Assembly: GCA_015059015.1 (NCBI GenBank)
Contig: SVBG01000001.1
Span: forward strand, 10,026-74,025
Length of the DNA stretch: 64,000 bases
Reading direction: 5' to 3'
From: Erysipelotrichaceae bacterium
GTDB lineage: Bacteria; Bacillota_I; Bacilli_A; ML615J-28; CAG-313
The translations under genes and the position numbers were made by a program. Of this stretch, positions 1-9,050 are shown piece after piece. Below the pieces are notes generated by a model. The model was not told the DNA's origin. It worked only from the letters and a program-made list of their open reading frames with translations, and searched no databases. How positions within the stretch are numbered: the stretch's first letter is position 1; the number at the start of each line of letters is the position of its first letter.

Positions 1-3000
1 GGATTTAAAAATGTGGAGAAAATTACAATTTCAGATAGAGTTGAAAATATAGGTTCATATGCTTTTTATAATTGTTCGAATTTAGTTGAAATTGTTATTC
101 CAGATAGTGTTATTGAAATTAAAGCGTGTGCTTTTTTAAATTGCACTGGACTTAATACTATAACTTTAGGTAAAAATATAAAAACTATTTTGGGTAGTAA
201 TTTCGGACAATGCACAAATTTAAAAAATGTATATTTTAATGGAACATTAGAAAATTGGTGTTCGATTGAATTTGAGTTGGATACTGCAACTCCAATGTAT
301 TATGGTGAAATTATTTATATGTTAGATGAAAATAACGAATGGTATGAATTAACTAATGTGGAAATACCTAATACTGTAGCTTCAATAGGTAAATACCAAT
401 TTTATGGGTTCAAAAAAATACTTAGTGTTGATATTTCAAATAGTGTAATAGAAATAAATTCAAATGCTTTTTCAAATTGTACTAGTTTAAAAAATGTTGT
501 AATACCTGATAGTGTTGAAAACATAGGCTCATATGCTTTTTATAATTGTTCGAATTTAGTTGAAATTGTTATCCCAGATAGTGTAGTGAAAATCGGAATT
601 TCTGCTTTTTCAAGTTGCACTAATTTAAAAAATGTAACAATTTCTAACTCAATAACTAGTATTAGCGATCATGCTTTTGCATATTGTAGTAACCTTTGTG
701 AAATTATAATTCCCAAAAATGTAACTATTATTGATAGGTATGCTTTTTTAAATTGTTCGAATTTATTATGTATAGAGATACCAAATACTGTAAAAAGTAT
801 AGGTTCAAGTGCTTTTTCTGGTTGTGATAGTTTAACGAGTGTAATATTCGAAGAAAACAGTCAATTAACAAGTATAGGTAACGAATCGTTCTATCGATGT
901 GACAATCTAATAAGTATTGTAATTTCCGAAAATATAACAAATATTGGAACTTATGCGTTTTACGATTGTGAAAATTTGAAAATTATTTATAATTTATCGG
1001 ATTTAGAATTAACTATTGGTTCTACTGATCATGGTTATGTTGCTTATTATGCAAAATATATTCATAATGAACTTCCAAGAGAAGTATCACTTGAAAAAGA
1101 AGTTGCATATGATGCAACAGTAGATACTCTTGAATTACCTGGAACTGTTACATTTACATATAATGAAGAAAAAAACACTCAAAATGTTACATGGGATACA
1201 AGTACATTTATTGTAAATCAAATTGGTGAACAAGTAATATATGGAATATTTAGTGATGATGAATTATACGATCAATATAACATTAAACGTGGTTACATAT
1301 ATATTACTATCGATGTTTTGCCGTATACATTTTATAATTCAATAGTACCGTCAGAATACACAATAAAAAAATATTACGGAATTACTGATGAAACAACTAT
1401 ACCTACAGTATTTAATGATCTTCCTGTGACAAGAATTGGTGATAATGCATTTGAAAATAATGTAAATTTAACAAATATTTGTATTCCTAATAGTGTTAAG
1501 GTTATTGGTAAAAATGCATTTTCATCGTGCACTAACTTAACTAACGTAGTAATATCAAAAGGAGTAACGTATATTAGTGATTATGCATTTTCATCATGTG
1601 CTAGTTTAACAAATATTGTAATTCCAGAAGGGCTAACTTATATAAATAATTATACATTTTTAAATTGTTCTAATTTAGAAAGCGCAGTAATTCCTGAGGG
1701 AATAACAAGTATAGGAAAAGGTGCTTTTTCATTTTGTAGTAATTTAAAAGACATTAATATGCCCTCTACTTTAACATCTATAGATGAAGAATCGTTTAAA
1801 GGATGTTGTAGTTTGACTCATATCACTATACCTAGTGGAGTGATGCACATTGGTTCTGGTTCATTTTCTGGCTGTAGTAGTTTGATTGAAGCTTCAATTC
1901 CTGAGGGAGTTGAAAGTATTGAGGGAAATACATTTGTACTTTGTGTCAATTTGAAAAGTATACAATTGCCTTCAACTATATTAAAAATAGAAAATAATGC
2001 ATTTACTGGCTGTAGTAACTTGATAAATGTGGAAATTCCTACTGAAGTAACAAAAATAGGAATAGATGCATTTAGAGAGTGTATAAGTTTAACAAGTGTA
2101 TCATTTGAGGCAGGAAGTAAGTTATTAACAATTTGTGATTCTGCTTTTAAAAATTGTAGTAACTTAACAAGTATACAAATCCCTTCAAGTGTAACAAATA
2201 TAGGAATAGACGCATTTGCAGAATGCAATAATTTGAAAAAGGTTGTGTTTGAAACTGGAAGTAATTTAACAACAATTAGTGAATCTACATTTGAAAATTG
2301 TAGTAGTATAGCACATATACAAATACCGAGCGGTGTACAAAGCATAGGTGAAAAAGCATTCTATAATTGCAATAGTTTAGTAAGCGTTGAATTATCAGAT
2401 ACTTTAACTTCTATTGCATCAAGTGCTTTTAGTGATTGTAGTAAATTATATTTAGTTATTAATAATTCTAGTTTGGAATTAGCATTAGGAAGTTTAACAG
2501 GTATTACAAAACAAATTATTAATCGAAATGGAAATGTAATAACAAATGAAGGATATTCCTATATAACTACAAGTGATAACTTTTTATTTGAATATTACAA
2601 TGAGACATATACTTTAGTTGGTTATTTGGGAGAAGAAGAAACAATTATCCTTCCTAGTGAAATAAACGGCTTTAATTACAGTATAAGTAAATTTGCAAAT
2701 GGTTATTGTGAAAATATTATTATTCCGAAGGAAATTACAAGTATCGGATCAAACGCGTTTGCATATAGTAGTAATTTAAAAAATGTTACATTTGAAGAAG
2801 GAAGTCAATTAACAAATATAGGAAGTAAAGCTTTTTATTATTGCAATGGTTTGATGAATATTGAAATTCCAAATAGTGTAATTAGTATTGGGGCTAGTGC
2901 ATTCTATGAATGTAGAAAATTAAATAATTTAACATTACCTATTAGTCTAACTTCAATCAGTGGTTCAACATTTTATAATTGTAGTAGTTTAGCAAATATT

Positions 3001-3384
3001 ACAATTCCTAATAATGTAACAAGTGTGGGGCATGCGGCATTTGAAGGTTGTTCAAGTTTAACAAGTGTATTTTTTGCAGAAAACAGTAAATTAATAAGTA
3101 TTGATACTAATGCATTTAGATATTGTTCAAGTTTAACAAATATTGAATTTCCAGAAGGTTTAAAAAGTGTTGGCCAAATGGCGTTTAGTGGTTGTGACAG
3201 TTTAACAAGTATAGTATTACCTTATAATTTAACTAATATTGGTGTTTATGCTTTTGTTAACTGTGATAATCTAAAAAAAGTTTATAACCTATCTAATTTA
3301 GAACTTACAATTGGTTCTACTGATTATGGTTATGTTGCATATTATGCTGAAGAAATTTATACAAGTTTACCTGATGAAGAATAA
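1..3384 (+). CDS. BspA-type leucine-rich-repeat (LRR_5-like) surface protein, 5'-truncated by the window edge. It has about 23-aa repeats with the NCxxLxxIxIPxSVxxIGxxAF consensus, an internal Big_4-like Ig module (EVAYDATVDTLELPGTVTFTYNEE...VTWDTSTF), and a C-terminal YNLSNLELTIGSTDYGYVAYYA module.
   Basis: The open frame runs from base 1 with no upstream stop, so the gene continues past the window. The repeat consensus is read directly from the translation. The internal module is near-identical to segments of the LRR proteins at 57385 and 12838. Confidence 0.8.
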   Translation, partial: GFKNVEKITISDRVENIGSYAFYNCSNLVEIVIPDSVIEIKACAFLNCTGLNTITLGKNIKTILGSNFGQCTNLKNVYFNGTLENWCSIEFELDTATPMYYGEIIYMLDENNEWYELTNVEIPNTVASIGKYQFYGFKKILSVDISNSVIEINSNAFSNCTSLKNVVIPDSVENIGSYAFYNCSNLVEIVIPDSVVKIGISAFSSCTNLKNVTISNSITSISDHAFAYCSNLCEIIIPKNVTIIDRYAFLNCSNLLCIEIPNTVKSIGSSAFSGCDSLTSVIFEENSQLTSIGNESFYRCDNLISIVISENITNIGTYAFYDCENLKIIYNLSDLELTIGSTDHGYVAYYAKYIHNELPREVSLEKEVAYDATVDTLELPGTVTFTYNEEKNTQNVTWDTSTFIVNQIGEQVIYGIFSDDELYDQYNIKRGYIYITIDVLPYTFYNSIVPSEYTIKKYYGITDETTIPTVFNDLPVTRIGDNAFENNVNLTNICIPNSVKVIGKNAFSSCTNLTNVVISKGVTYISDYAFSSCASLTNIVIPEGLTYINNYTFLNCSNLESAVIPEGITSIGKGAFSFCSNLKDINMPSTLTSIDEESFKGCCSLTHITIPSGVMHIGSGSFSGCSSLIEASIPEGVESIEGNTFVLCVNLKSIQLPSTILKIENNAFTGCSNLINVEIPTEVTKIGIDAFRECISLTSVSFEAGSKLLTICDSAFKNCSNLTSIQIPSSVTNIGIDAFAECNNLKKVVFETGSNLTTISESTFENCSSIAHIQIPSGVQSIGEKAFYNCNSLVSVELSDTLTSIASSAFSDCSKLYLVINNSSLELALGSLTGITKQIINRNGNVITNEGYSYITTSDNFLFEYYNETYTLVGYLGEEETIILPSEINGFNYSISKFANGYCENIIIPKEITSIGSNAFAYSSNLKNVTFEEGSQLTNIGSKAFYYCNGLMNIEIPNSVISIGASAFYECRKLNNLTLPISLTSISGSTFYNCSSLANITIPNNVTSVGHAAFEGCSSLTSVFFAENSKLISIDTNAFRYCSSLTNIEFPEGLKSVGQMAFSGCDSLTSIVLPYNLTNIGVYAFVNCDNLKKVYNLSNLELTIGSTDYGYVAYYAEEIYTSLPDEE

Positions 3385-3403
3385 TATCTATTATAGATAA
3401 AAT

Positions 3404-3455
3404 AAAAAAAGATTTATTGTTAAGAATTTAATTCTTTTCAATAAATCTTTTTGTT
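3404..3455. terminator. Bidirectional rho-independent terminator between the converging LRR gene and the cassette on the minus strand
   Basis: Inverted repeat aaaaagatttattg...caataaatcttttt flanked by A-runs and T-runs on both sides. Confidence 0.6.
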
Positions 3456-3458
3456 TTG

Positions 3459-4157
3459 TTATTTATTCATTTTGTTATAGGCAGTATATACTGCTTCTTT
3501 AGAGATGTTACATCCCATTTTATGGATTGTTATGTTACTTACGATATTAGAGATATGATGTAGGATAAGGTTCATATCTTCTTCATATGGTACTCTTTCT
3601 GTTTGGTTTAGAATTTCAAAGATTGCTTGTTTTTTATCTATTTCTTTAATCCAGTTGTTTTCTGATCTTTCTAAAAAGCAAATACCTTGGATCGGAACTA
3701 GTAGATTTCTACTGATATCATGTTTACCTGAGAATGGTGTTCCTGCTGCATAAAGAGTATTATCTTTATAAATAATAGCAGGTTTATCATCATTTAAGAT
3801 ATATGCATCGCTAAATTCTTCTAACCATAGAGTTGTATGTGTTGATTTACCTGTTCCTGATGGAGCACTAAATAGATATGCTTTATTATCTTTTACTACA
3901 CATGATGAGTGTAGTAAGATTCCATCATGTTGTAAGATGTATTTATAGAATAATTGTCCTAAAAAGATATATTCAATATCTTCAAGTGTAAGATAATGAT
4001 ATGTAACTTTTAATTCATTCATTCTATCTATTGATAAGTCTAATTTAAATGCTGGTTCAATTGTTGTATCTATTAAATATGGTTTAGCTTGTTTAGAGGT
4101 TCTTTCATATTTAGGATTCATTTCAACAATTATACCTGCGATACTGTATTTTGGCAT
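3459..4157 (-). CDS. HPr kinase/phosphorylase C-terminal-domain-like P-loop protein (HprK-like, as in lasso-peptide kinases and HprK-related kinase families)
   Basis: LHSSCVVKDNKAYLFSAPSGTGKSTHTTLWLEEFSDAYILNDD aligns with the HprK C-domain pattern LHGxxVxxxGxGVLIxGxSGxGKSxxALxLIxRGHxLVADD, i.e. Walker A plus a downstream DD. It is the last gene of a three-gene minus-strand operon. Confidence 0.65.
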   Translation of the reverse strand: MPKYSIAGIIVEMNPKYERTSKQAKPYLIDTTIEPAFKLDLSIDRMNELKVTYHYLTLEDIEYIFLGQLFYKYILQHDGILLHSSCVVKDNKAYLFSAPSGTGKSTHTTLWLEEFSDAYILNDDKPAIIYKDNTLYAAGTPFSGKHDISRNLLVPIQGICFLERSENNWIKEIDKKQAIFEILNQTERVPYEEDMNLILHHISNIVSNITIHKMGCNISKEAVYTAYNKMNK

Positions 4158-4167
4158 AGTTTTAAAT

Positions 4168-4611
4168 TTACTTTCTTCTAATTATTTTTTTTATTATTTT
4201 CTTGATTAAATATTTTAAATATTTAATAGGTCTTTTTCTGATTATTTTTTTAACGTATTTTTGATATTCTTTATCGGTGGTAGGTATATATTCCTCCCCA
4301 CGATAGAAACCTTCCATAAGGGCGATGATTTGGCTTCTTTTTACGTTTTTTTCTAACATAAATTGATTATCACCACACATTGTAAATAAATCATCTTTAA
4401 TCCTAATTATACGATGTAATACTAATGTTTTATCATTACGCATATAAAGTACTACATCATGTTTTTTTAAATCATTTGGAGCGACAAGTTTGACTGTATC
4501 TATACGTTCACGAAGAAGTGGTAGCATACTTGTCCCAATTGGTGTTGCTATATAGAAACCATATTTTTCAATGGCTTGTGTATAATCAGTTATCAAGTAG
4601 CTTAGCCTCAA
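4168..4611 (-). CDS. SipW/S26B-type (Ser/His) signal-peptidase-like, or S24-like, peptidase without an N-terminal membrane anchor
   Basis: The motif GTSMLP (catalytic Ser box), then HDVVLYMRNDKTLVLHRIIRI, matches the SipW-type pattern GSMxP...GDxIxF...VxHRI. The C-terminal tail is Lys/Arg-rich. The gene overlaps the upstream PqqD gene by about 26 nt. Confidence 0.55.
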   Translation of the reverse strand: MRLSYLITDYTQAIEKYGFYIATPIGTSMLPLLRERIDTVKLVAPNDLKKHDVVLYMRNDKTLVLHRIIRIKDDLFTMCGDNQFMLEKNVKRSQIIALMEGFYRGEEYIPTTDKEYQKYVKKIIRKRPIKYLKYLIKKIIKKIIRRK

Positions 4612-4852
4612 CTAACTTATTGATAAATGTTGTTACATCGCGTGTAGCAAGTTCATTATCAATACCATATTCTTTTGCAACTTTATTAATTATTTCTTCT
4701 AAAGTAGTTTCTGTTTCTAAGCATTTCCAAATAAAAGCACCTACATGATTTAAATTAATAAGTCCTTTAAATTCTAATGATGCTTTGCCTACTGGAACAA
4801 CTACATAATTGTCAGCAACACTTCTTAGCATAAAGCCTTCTTTTATTTTCAT
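4586..4852 (-). CDS. PqqD-family peptide chaperone, a RiPP recognition element (RRE)
   Basis: MKIKEGFMLRSVADNYVVVPVGKASLEFKGLINLNHVGAFIWKCLETETTLEEIINKVAKEYGIDNELATRDVTTFINKLVEAKLL fits the PqqD fold pattern (NxVGAFIWxxLDGxxTLEEIxxxLxxEYxVDxExAxxDVxxFLxxLxExGLI). The ATG at 4852 has GAGGTG 6 nt upstream. The GTG at 4861 in the ORF track is less likely the true start. Confidence 0.7.
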   Translation of the reverse strand: MKIKEGFMLRSVADNYVVVPVGKASLEFKGLINLNHVGAFIWKCLETETTLEEIINKVAKEYGIDNELATRDVTTFINKLVEAKLLDN

Positions 4853-4967
4853 ATTAATCACCTCATTTTTATATATACATTATATCATATTATTTATTTA
4901 AAGCAAAATATTTAATCATTAAGTTAAAATAGAGTATACTAAATAACAAACAAGGAGGTTAAAAATC

Positions 4968-6353
4968 ATGGATGAATTATTACAAGAAATTATAAAGATT
5001 ATAAAAGAGACAACTGATATAAGTACTCTTCATGATTTACTCTATAGTTATCATAAAAATGATATCGCAAGATGTTTTGAATACTTAACAGATGAGGAGT
5101 TAGAAAAAGTATATCAAACATTTAGTGAACAAGAATTATCAGAGATATTTACATATCTAGATGATGTTAAAGAATATATTGAAGATTTAGAAACTGAAAC
5201 AGCTGCTGATTTAATTGAACTAATGGATTCAGATGACGCAAAAGAAATTCTAGAAGAATTAACAGAAGAAGATCGTAATGAAATCTTAGAATTAATGGAT
5301 GAAGAAGTTGTTGATGATATTGAACTTTTAACTAGTTATGATGAAGATGTAATCGCAAGTTATATGACTAATAACTTTATAGCAATAAAAAAAGATTATA
5401 CAATCAAACAAGCTATGAAAACAGTGGTCGAAGAAGCATCTACTAATGATAATTTTACAATTATATATGTTGTAAATGAAGATGATACTTTATATGGAAC
5501 TATAGAATTAAAAGAGCTAATTAAAGCAAGAGCAACTGACTCTTTAGAAGATATTATAAAAAAATCATATCCATCTATTTTAGATATGACAAGTTTGAAT
5601 GACGCATTAATATTAGTAAAAGATTATGAAATAGATTCTATTCCAATTGTTAATGAAAAAAATGTTTTATTAGGCGTTGTAACTACTAATGACTTAATTG
5701 AAGTTATTGATGATGAATTATCTGATGACTACGCAAAATTAGCTGGTCTAACAAGCGAAGAAGAACTAGAAGAATCAACATTTAAATCTGTTAAAAAACG
5801 TATTCCTTGGCTATGTGCATTACTTGTTCTTGGATTAATTATATCTTTAGTAATGGGACTTTTTGAATCAGCAATTGTTGCGGTACCGGCAATAGTATTC
5901 TTCCAATCAATGATTCTTGGTATGGGTGGTAATGTTGGTACTCAAAGTTTAGCTGTTACTATTCGTGCGATAAGTGATGAAGAAATATCAAAAAAAGAAG
6001 TAAGAAGACTTGTTTTTAAAGAAATAAGAATTGCTTTTTTTAATGGTATTTTAATCGGAATAATGTCTTTTGTTGTAGTATCAGCATATTTAATGATAAC
6101 ACATACAGTAATTGATCCAAGTATTGGTTATAATATATTTGATATATTTAAAACATCAGGTGTAGTATCAATTAGTCTTTTAATTAGTATGGTTATATCT
6201 GGACTAATAGGTACACTTATTCCAATTATCTTACAAAAATGTAAAATAGATCCAGCTGTTGCAAGTGGTCCGTTTATTACAAGTATTAATGATATTATGG
6301 CAATAGTTGTATACTATGGTATAACATTAATAGTATTTGCATATTTAATTTAA
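4968..6353 (+). CDS. mgtE: Magnesium transporter MgtE (N-terminal domain, tandem CBS domains, C-terminal 5-TM domain)
   Basis: Acidic helical N-domain, CBS-like middle region and hydrophobic C-terminus ending in the SGPFITSINDIMAIVVYYG region typical of MgtE. The RBS AAGGAGG lies 8 nt upstream. Confidence 0.9.
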   Translation: MDELLQEIIKIIKETTDISTLHDLLYSYHKNDIARCFEYLTDEELEKVYQTFSEQELSEIFTYLDDVKEYIEDLETETAADLIELMDSDDAKEILEELTEEDRNEILELMDEEVVDDIELLTSYDEDVIASYMTNNFIAIKKDYTIKQAMKTVVEEASTNDNFTIIYVVNEDDTLYGTIELKELIKARATDSLEDIIKKSYPSILDMTSLNDALILVKDYEIDSIPIVNEKNVLLGVVTTNDLIEVIDDELSDDYAKLAGLTSEEELEESTFKSVKKRIPWLCALLVLGLIISLVMGLFESAIVAVPAIVFFQSMILGMGGNVGTQSLAVTIRAISDEEISKKEVRRLVFKEIRIAFFNGILIGIMSFVVVSAYLMITHTVIDPSIGYNIFDIFKTSGVVSISLLISMVISGLIGTLIPIILQKCKIDPAVASGPFITSINDIMAIVVYYGITLIVFAYLI

Positions 6354-6355
6354 AA

Positions 6356-6384
6356 AAGGAACTGAAAGTTTCAGTTCCTTTTTA
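6356..6384 (+). terminator. Rho-independent terminator of mgtE
   Basis: aggaactgaaagtttcagttcct followed by tttt. Confidence 0.65.
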
Positions 6385-6389
6385 TGATA

Positions 6390-6418
6390 AAAAATAAAAA
6401 ACACTTCCATTTGGAAGC
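6390..6418 (-). terminator. Probable terminator of the minus-strand tRNA operon
   Basis: Palindrome cttccatttggaag followed, on the minus strand, by a T-rich run. Confidence 0.45.
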
Positions 6419-6439
6419 TTAATCAAGTAGATAAAAAAA

Positions 6440-6514
6440 TGGTAGGGCTAGGTGGATTCGAACCAACGAATGACGGAGTCAAAGTCCGTTGCCTTACCGC
6501 TTGGCTATAGCCCT
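6440..6514 (-). tRNA. tRNA-Gln (anticodon UUG), CCA encoded
   Basis: The reverse complement folds as AGGGCTA acceptor stem, anticodon arm ACGGA-CTTTGAC-TCCGT (anticodon TTG), T-arm GGTGG-TTCGAAT-CCACC, acceptor TAGCCCT-A-CCA. Length is 75 nt. Confidence 0.85.
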
Positions 6515-6523
6515 ATAAAAAGA

Positions 6524-6608
6524 TGGTGGAAGGGAGTGGATTCGAACCACCGAACTCGTAGAGAGCGGATTTACAGTCCGCCGCGTTTAGCCACTTCGCT
6601 ACCCTTCC
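6524..6608 (-). tRNA. tRNA-Tyr (anticodon GUA) with long variable arm, CCA encoded
   Basis: The reverse complement folds as GGAAGGG...CCCTTCC-A-CCA with anticodon loop CTGTAAA (GTA) and a long extra arm. Length is 85 nt. Confidence 0.85.
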
Positions 6609-6654
6609 ATCTTTAATATAATATTTAACAACGTTTCTATCACATTGCCCTAAT

Positions 6655-6683
6655 ATTATACTAAATTATGTGTATAGTGTCAA
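6655..6683 (-). promoter_or_regulatory. Consensus sigma-A promoter for the tRNA-Tyr/tRNA-Gln operon
   Basis: On the minus strand the sequence reads TTGACA, a 17-nt spacer, then TATAAT, about 45 nt upstream of tRNA-Tyr. Confidence 0.6.
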
Positions 6684-7099
6684 GTATTTTGATTTTTGTT
6701 TTTACGTTTTTTAAATATTTTTTTAAATTTTACTTTAAATAGTGTTTTAGAATAAAATAAATGTTTAAAATAAGGTATTACTTTATTAAGTATTTTATTA
6801 ATAAAATCTAAACATTTAATAAAATATTCTCTCATAAATAAATAATACAGTAAGAAGCCTATAATAATAAATAGTAAAAAATAAATTGGTATATAGCCAT
6901 CATCTAATTTATAACAAAAATCATATGTAATATATAATTGTGAAATTAGATAGATTATTTCAATAATTAATTTAAATATTTTATTTCTTTTTTTCTTTTC
7001 TACAATATATACTAATATATCGCTTACCGCAAAGTAGTATATCCCATAGATTAAAATATATACTAAAATCTTAAATTCAACATTTAATGGTCTAATCAT
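6680..7099 (-). CDS. Small polytopic membrane protein, candidate YabQ-like spore cortex protein
   Basis: Three to four hydrophobic helices. It lies immediately downstream of yabP with a 4-nt overlap, the arrangement typical of yabP-yabQ. The sequence itself is not diagnostic. Confidence 0.4.
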   Translation of the reverse strand: MIRPLNVEFKILVYILIYGIYYFAVSDILVYIVEKKKRNKIFKLIIEIIYLISQLYITYDFCYKLDDGYIPIYFLLFIIIGFLLYYLFMREYFIKCLDFINKILNKVIPYFKHLFYSKTLFKVKFKKIFKKRKNKNQNT

Positions 7100-7377
7100 T
7101 TAAATAACTTTTTAAAAAACCCTTCATCTTTTTTCTTATTTGTATCTTCGTCTAGGTAACTTAGTGAACTAACACGTCCAATAATCCAAAGTATTCCTTT
7201 TTCAATATCTAAGTGTTGCATTTCTAAGTCTTCTCCTCTAATAAGTAATAAACCTAAAATGGTATCAACAAAGAATTCTGTTTTATTTAGGCTTTCTAAT
7301 TTTTTTACACCAGTAATTTCCAAACGCTTACGGTTATTTAATGTTAATATTTGTTCTTTTAATTCATTATTCATATT
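7096..7377 (-). CDS. yabP: Sporulation protein YabP (YabP/YqfC family)
   Basis: LEITGVKKLESLNKTEFFVDTILGLLLIRGEDLEMQHLDIEKGILWIIGRVSSLSYLDE matches the YabP core pattern (ItGVkkvxsFdexeixLeTxxGxLxIkGenLhixxLdLexGxvxieGxIxsLxY). The preferred start is MNNELK, with GGAGGAAA 5 nt upstream. The ORF-track start at 7428 is less likely. Confidence 0.7.
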   Translation of the reverse strand, partial: NMNNELKEQILTLNNRKRLEITGVKKLESLNKTEFFVDTILGLLLIRGEDLEMQHLDIEKGILWIIGRVSSLSYLDEDTNKKKDEGFFKKLFK

Positions 7378-7438
7378 AATTTTCCTCCACTTATTAAATA
7401 ATATGATATAAGTATTTAATTTATTCAAAACTTTATTT

Positions 7439-7467
7439 TTGCAAGAATGTATAATTTGTGGTATAAT
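7439..7467 (+). promoter_or_regulatory. Sigma-A promoter of lysS
   Basis: TTGCAA, 17 nt, TATAAT; the RBS AGGAGG lies 6 nt before the ATG. Confidence 0.55.
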
Positions 7468-7507
7468 ACGTAAGAATAAATATTATTAATGCTAGGAGGC
7501 CTTTAAA

Positions 7508-9004
7508 ATGGCAGATGAATTAAAATTAACAGAACAAGAAATGGTACGTCGTGGAAAGATGGAAGATTTACGTGCAAAAGGACTTGATCCATTTGGACAA
7601 AAATTTGTAAGAACATCTAACTCAGGTAAAATTAAAGAAGCATACCTTGAATGTACTAAAGAAGAATTAGAAGAAAAAAATGTTGAAGTTGCAATTGCTG
7701 GACGTATTATGTCAAAACGTCGTCAAGGTAAAATTGGTTTCATGCATATTCAAGATAGAGAAGGTAAAATTCAAATTTTTATGAGAGCAGATTCTGTATC
7801 AGAAGATGATTATGAATTATTTAAGGTTGCAGATATCGGTGATATTATTGGTATTAATGGTGTTGTTATGAAAACACAAACAGGTGAGCTTTCAGTAAAA
7901 GCTACTAAATATACTCACCTTACAAAAGCATTAAGACCACTTCCTGAAAAATTCCATGGTTTACAAGATAGAGAAGAAGCACGTCGTCGTCGTTATGTAG
8001 ATTTAATTATGAATGAAGAACAAAGAAGAATTGCATATTTAAGACCAAAAATTATTAGAGGTCTTCAAAAGTATTTAGATGACCTTGGTTATATTGAAGT
8101 TGAAACTCCAGTATTAAGTCCAATCCTTGGTGGTGCAAGTGCAAGACCTTTCGTTACTCATCATAATACTTTAGATATGGATTTCTATTTACGTATTGCA
8201 ACTGAACTTCACTTAAAACGTTTAATTGTTGGTGGTATGGAAGCGGTTTATGAAATTGGAAGATTATTTAGAAATGAAGGAATGGACTCAACTCACAACC
8301 CTGAATTTACTACTGTTGAAGCATATCTTGCATATGGTGATTTAAGTGATATGATGGATCTTGCAGAAGGATTAATTACAACACTTGCAGAAACTGTAGT
8401 TGGAAAAACTGATATGGTTTGGAATGGTCAAGAAATTTCATTAAAAGCGCCATTCAAGAGAATTCATATGGTAGATGCTATTAAAGAAGTAACAGGTATT
8501 AATTTCTTTGAACTTGATACTGAAGCTTGTATTAAGCTTGCAGAAGAACATCACATTGATGTTCCTGCTCATCAAAGAACATATGGTCATATTGTTAACT
8601 TATTCTTTGAAAAATATGTAGAAGAAACATTAATTCAACCTACAATTCTTTATGGACATCCAATTGAAATTTCTCCACTTACTAAGAAAAATCCAGATGA
8701 TCCTAGATTTACAGATCGTTTTGAATTATTTATTGGTAAAAAAGAATTTGCAAATGCTTATACAGAATTAAATGATCCGATTGATCAAAGAGAACGTTTT
8801 GTAGAACAACTAAAAGAACGAGATCTTGGTAATGATGAAGCTAACGATATGGATATTGATTTCTTAGAAGCATTAGAATATGGTATGCCACCTGCAGGTG
8901 GAATTGGTATTGGTATCGATAGACTTGTAATGTTACTTACAGAATGTGATACAATCAGAGAAGTTCTATTATTCCCTCATATGAGAAATAAAGTAGAAAA
9001 CTAA
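7508..9004 (+). CDS. lysS: Lysyl-tRNA synthetase, class II
   Basis: N-terminal OB anticodon-binding domain and class II motifs (FRNEG, [15 protein letters not shown]), 498 aa. Confidence 0.95.
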   Translation: MADELKLTEQEMVRRGKMEDLRAKGLDPFGQKFVRTSNSGKIKEAYLECTKEELEEKNVEVAIAGRIMSKRRQGKIGFMHIQDREGKIQIFMRADSVSEDDYELFKVADIGDIIGINGVVMKTQTGELSVKATKYTHLTKALRPLPEKFHGLQDREEARRRRYVDLIMNEEQRRIAYLRPKIIRGLQKYLDDLGYIEVETPVLSPILGGASARPFVTHHNTLDMDFYLRIATELHLKRLIVGGMEAVYEIGRLFRNEGMDSTHNPEFTTVEAYLAYGDLSDMMDLAEGLITTLAETVVGKTDMVWNGQEISLKAPFKRIHMVDAIKEVTGINFFELDTEACIKLAEEHHIDVPAHQRTYGHIVNLFFEKYVEETLIQPTILYGHPIEISPLTKKNPDDPRFTDRFELFIGKKEFANAYTELNDPIDQRERFVEQLKERDLGNDEANDMDIDFLEALEYGMPPAGGIGIGIDRLVMLLTECDTIREVLLFPHMRNKVEN

Positions 9005-9011
9005 AAATATA

Positions 9012-9043
9012 AGTTGTAACTAAAAAAGTTACAACTTTTTTCT
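9012..9043 (+). terminator. Rho-independent terminator of lysS
   Basis: agttgtaactaaaaaagttacaact followed by tttttt. Confidence 0.7.
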
Positions 9044-9050
9044 TATAGAA

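Noticed and set aside
1818-2345. 175-aa antisense ORF inside the LRR gene; also 728-940, 29474-29722, 60589-60783, 60806-61099 and 61392-61682
   Set aside because: These ORFs lie opposite long LRR coding repeats. They give low-complexity Leu/Ile/Phe-rich translations, have no RBS, and are artefacts of the repetitive AT-rich sequence.
4518-4748. 76-aa plus-strand ORF overlapping the PqqD and peptidase genes
   Set aside because: It runs antisense to two genes with clear family signatures and has no RBS.
4862-4967. M-box (Mg2+) riboswitch upstream of mgtE
   Set aside because: Only about 105 nt lie between the divergent PqqD start and the mgtE ATG. This is too short for the ~160-nt M-box, and no conserved M-box helices were recognised.
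6386-6700. Integrated mobile element next to the tRNA-Gln/tRNA-Tyr genes
   Set aside because: The tRNAs are flanked directly by mgtE and yabQ/yabP, with their own promoter and terminator. There is no integrase, no direct repeat of a tRNA 3' end, and no foreign genes.
7429-7507. T-box leader upstream of lysS
   Set aside because: The leader is under 80 nt with the promoter about 35 nt from the ATG. There is no room for a specifier loop and antiterminator.
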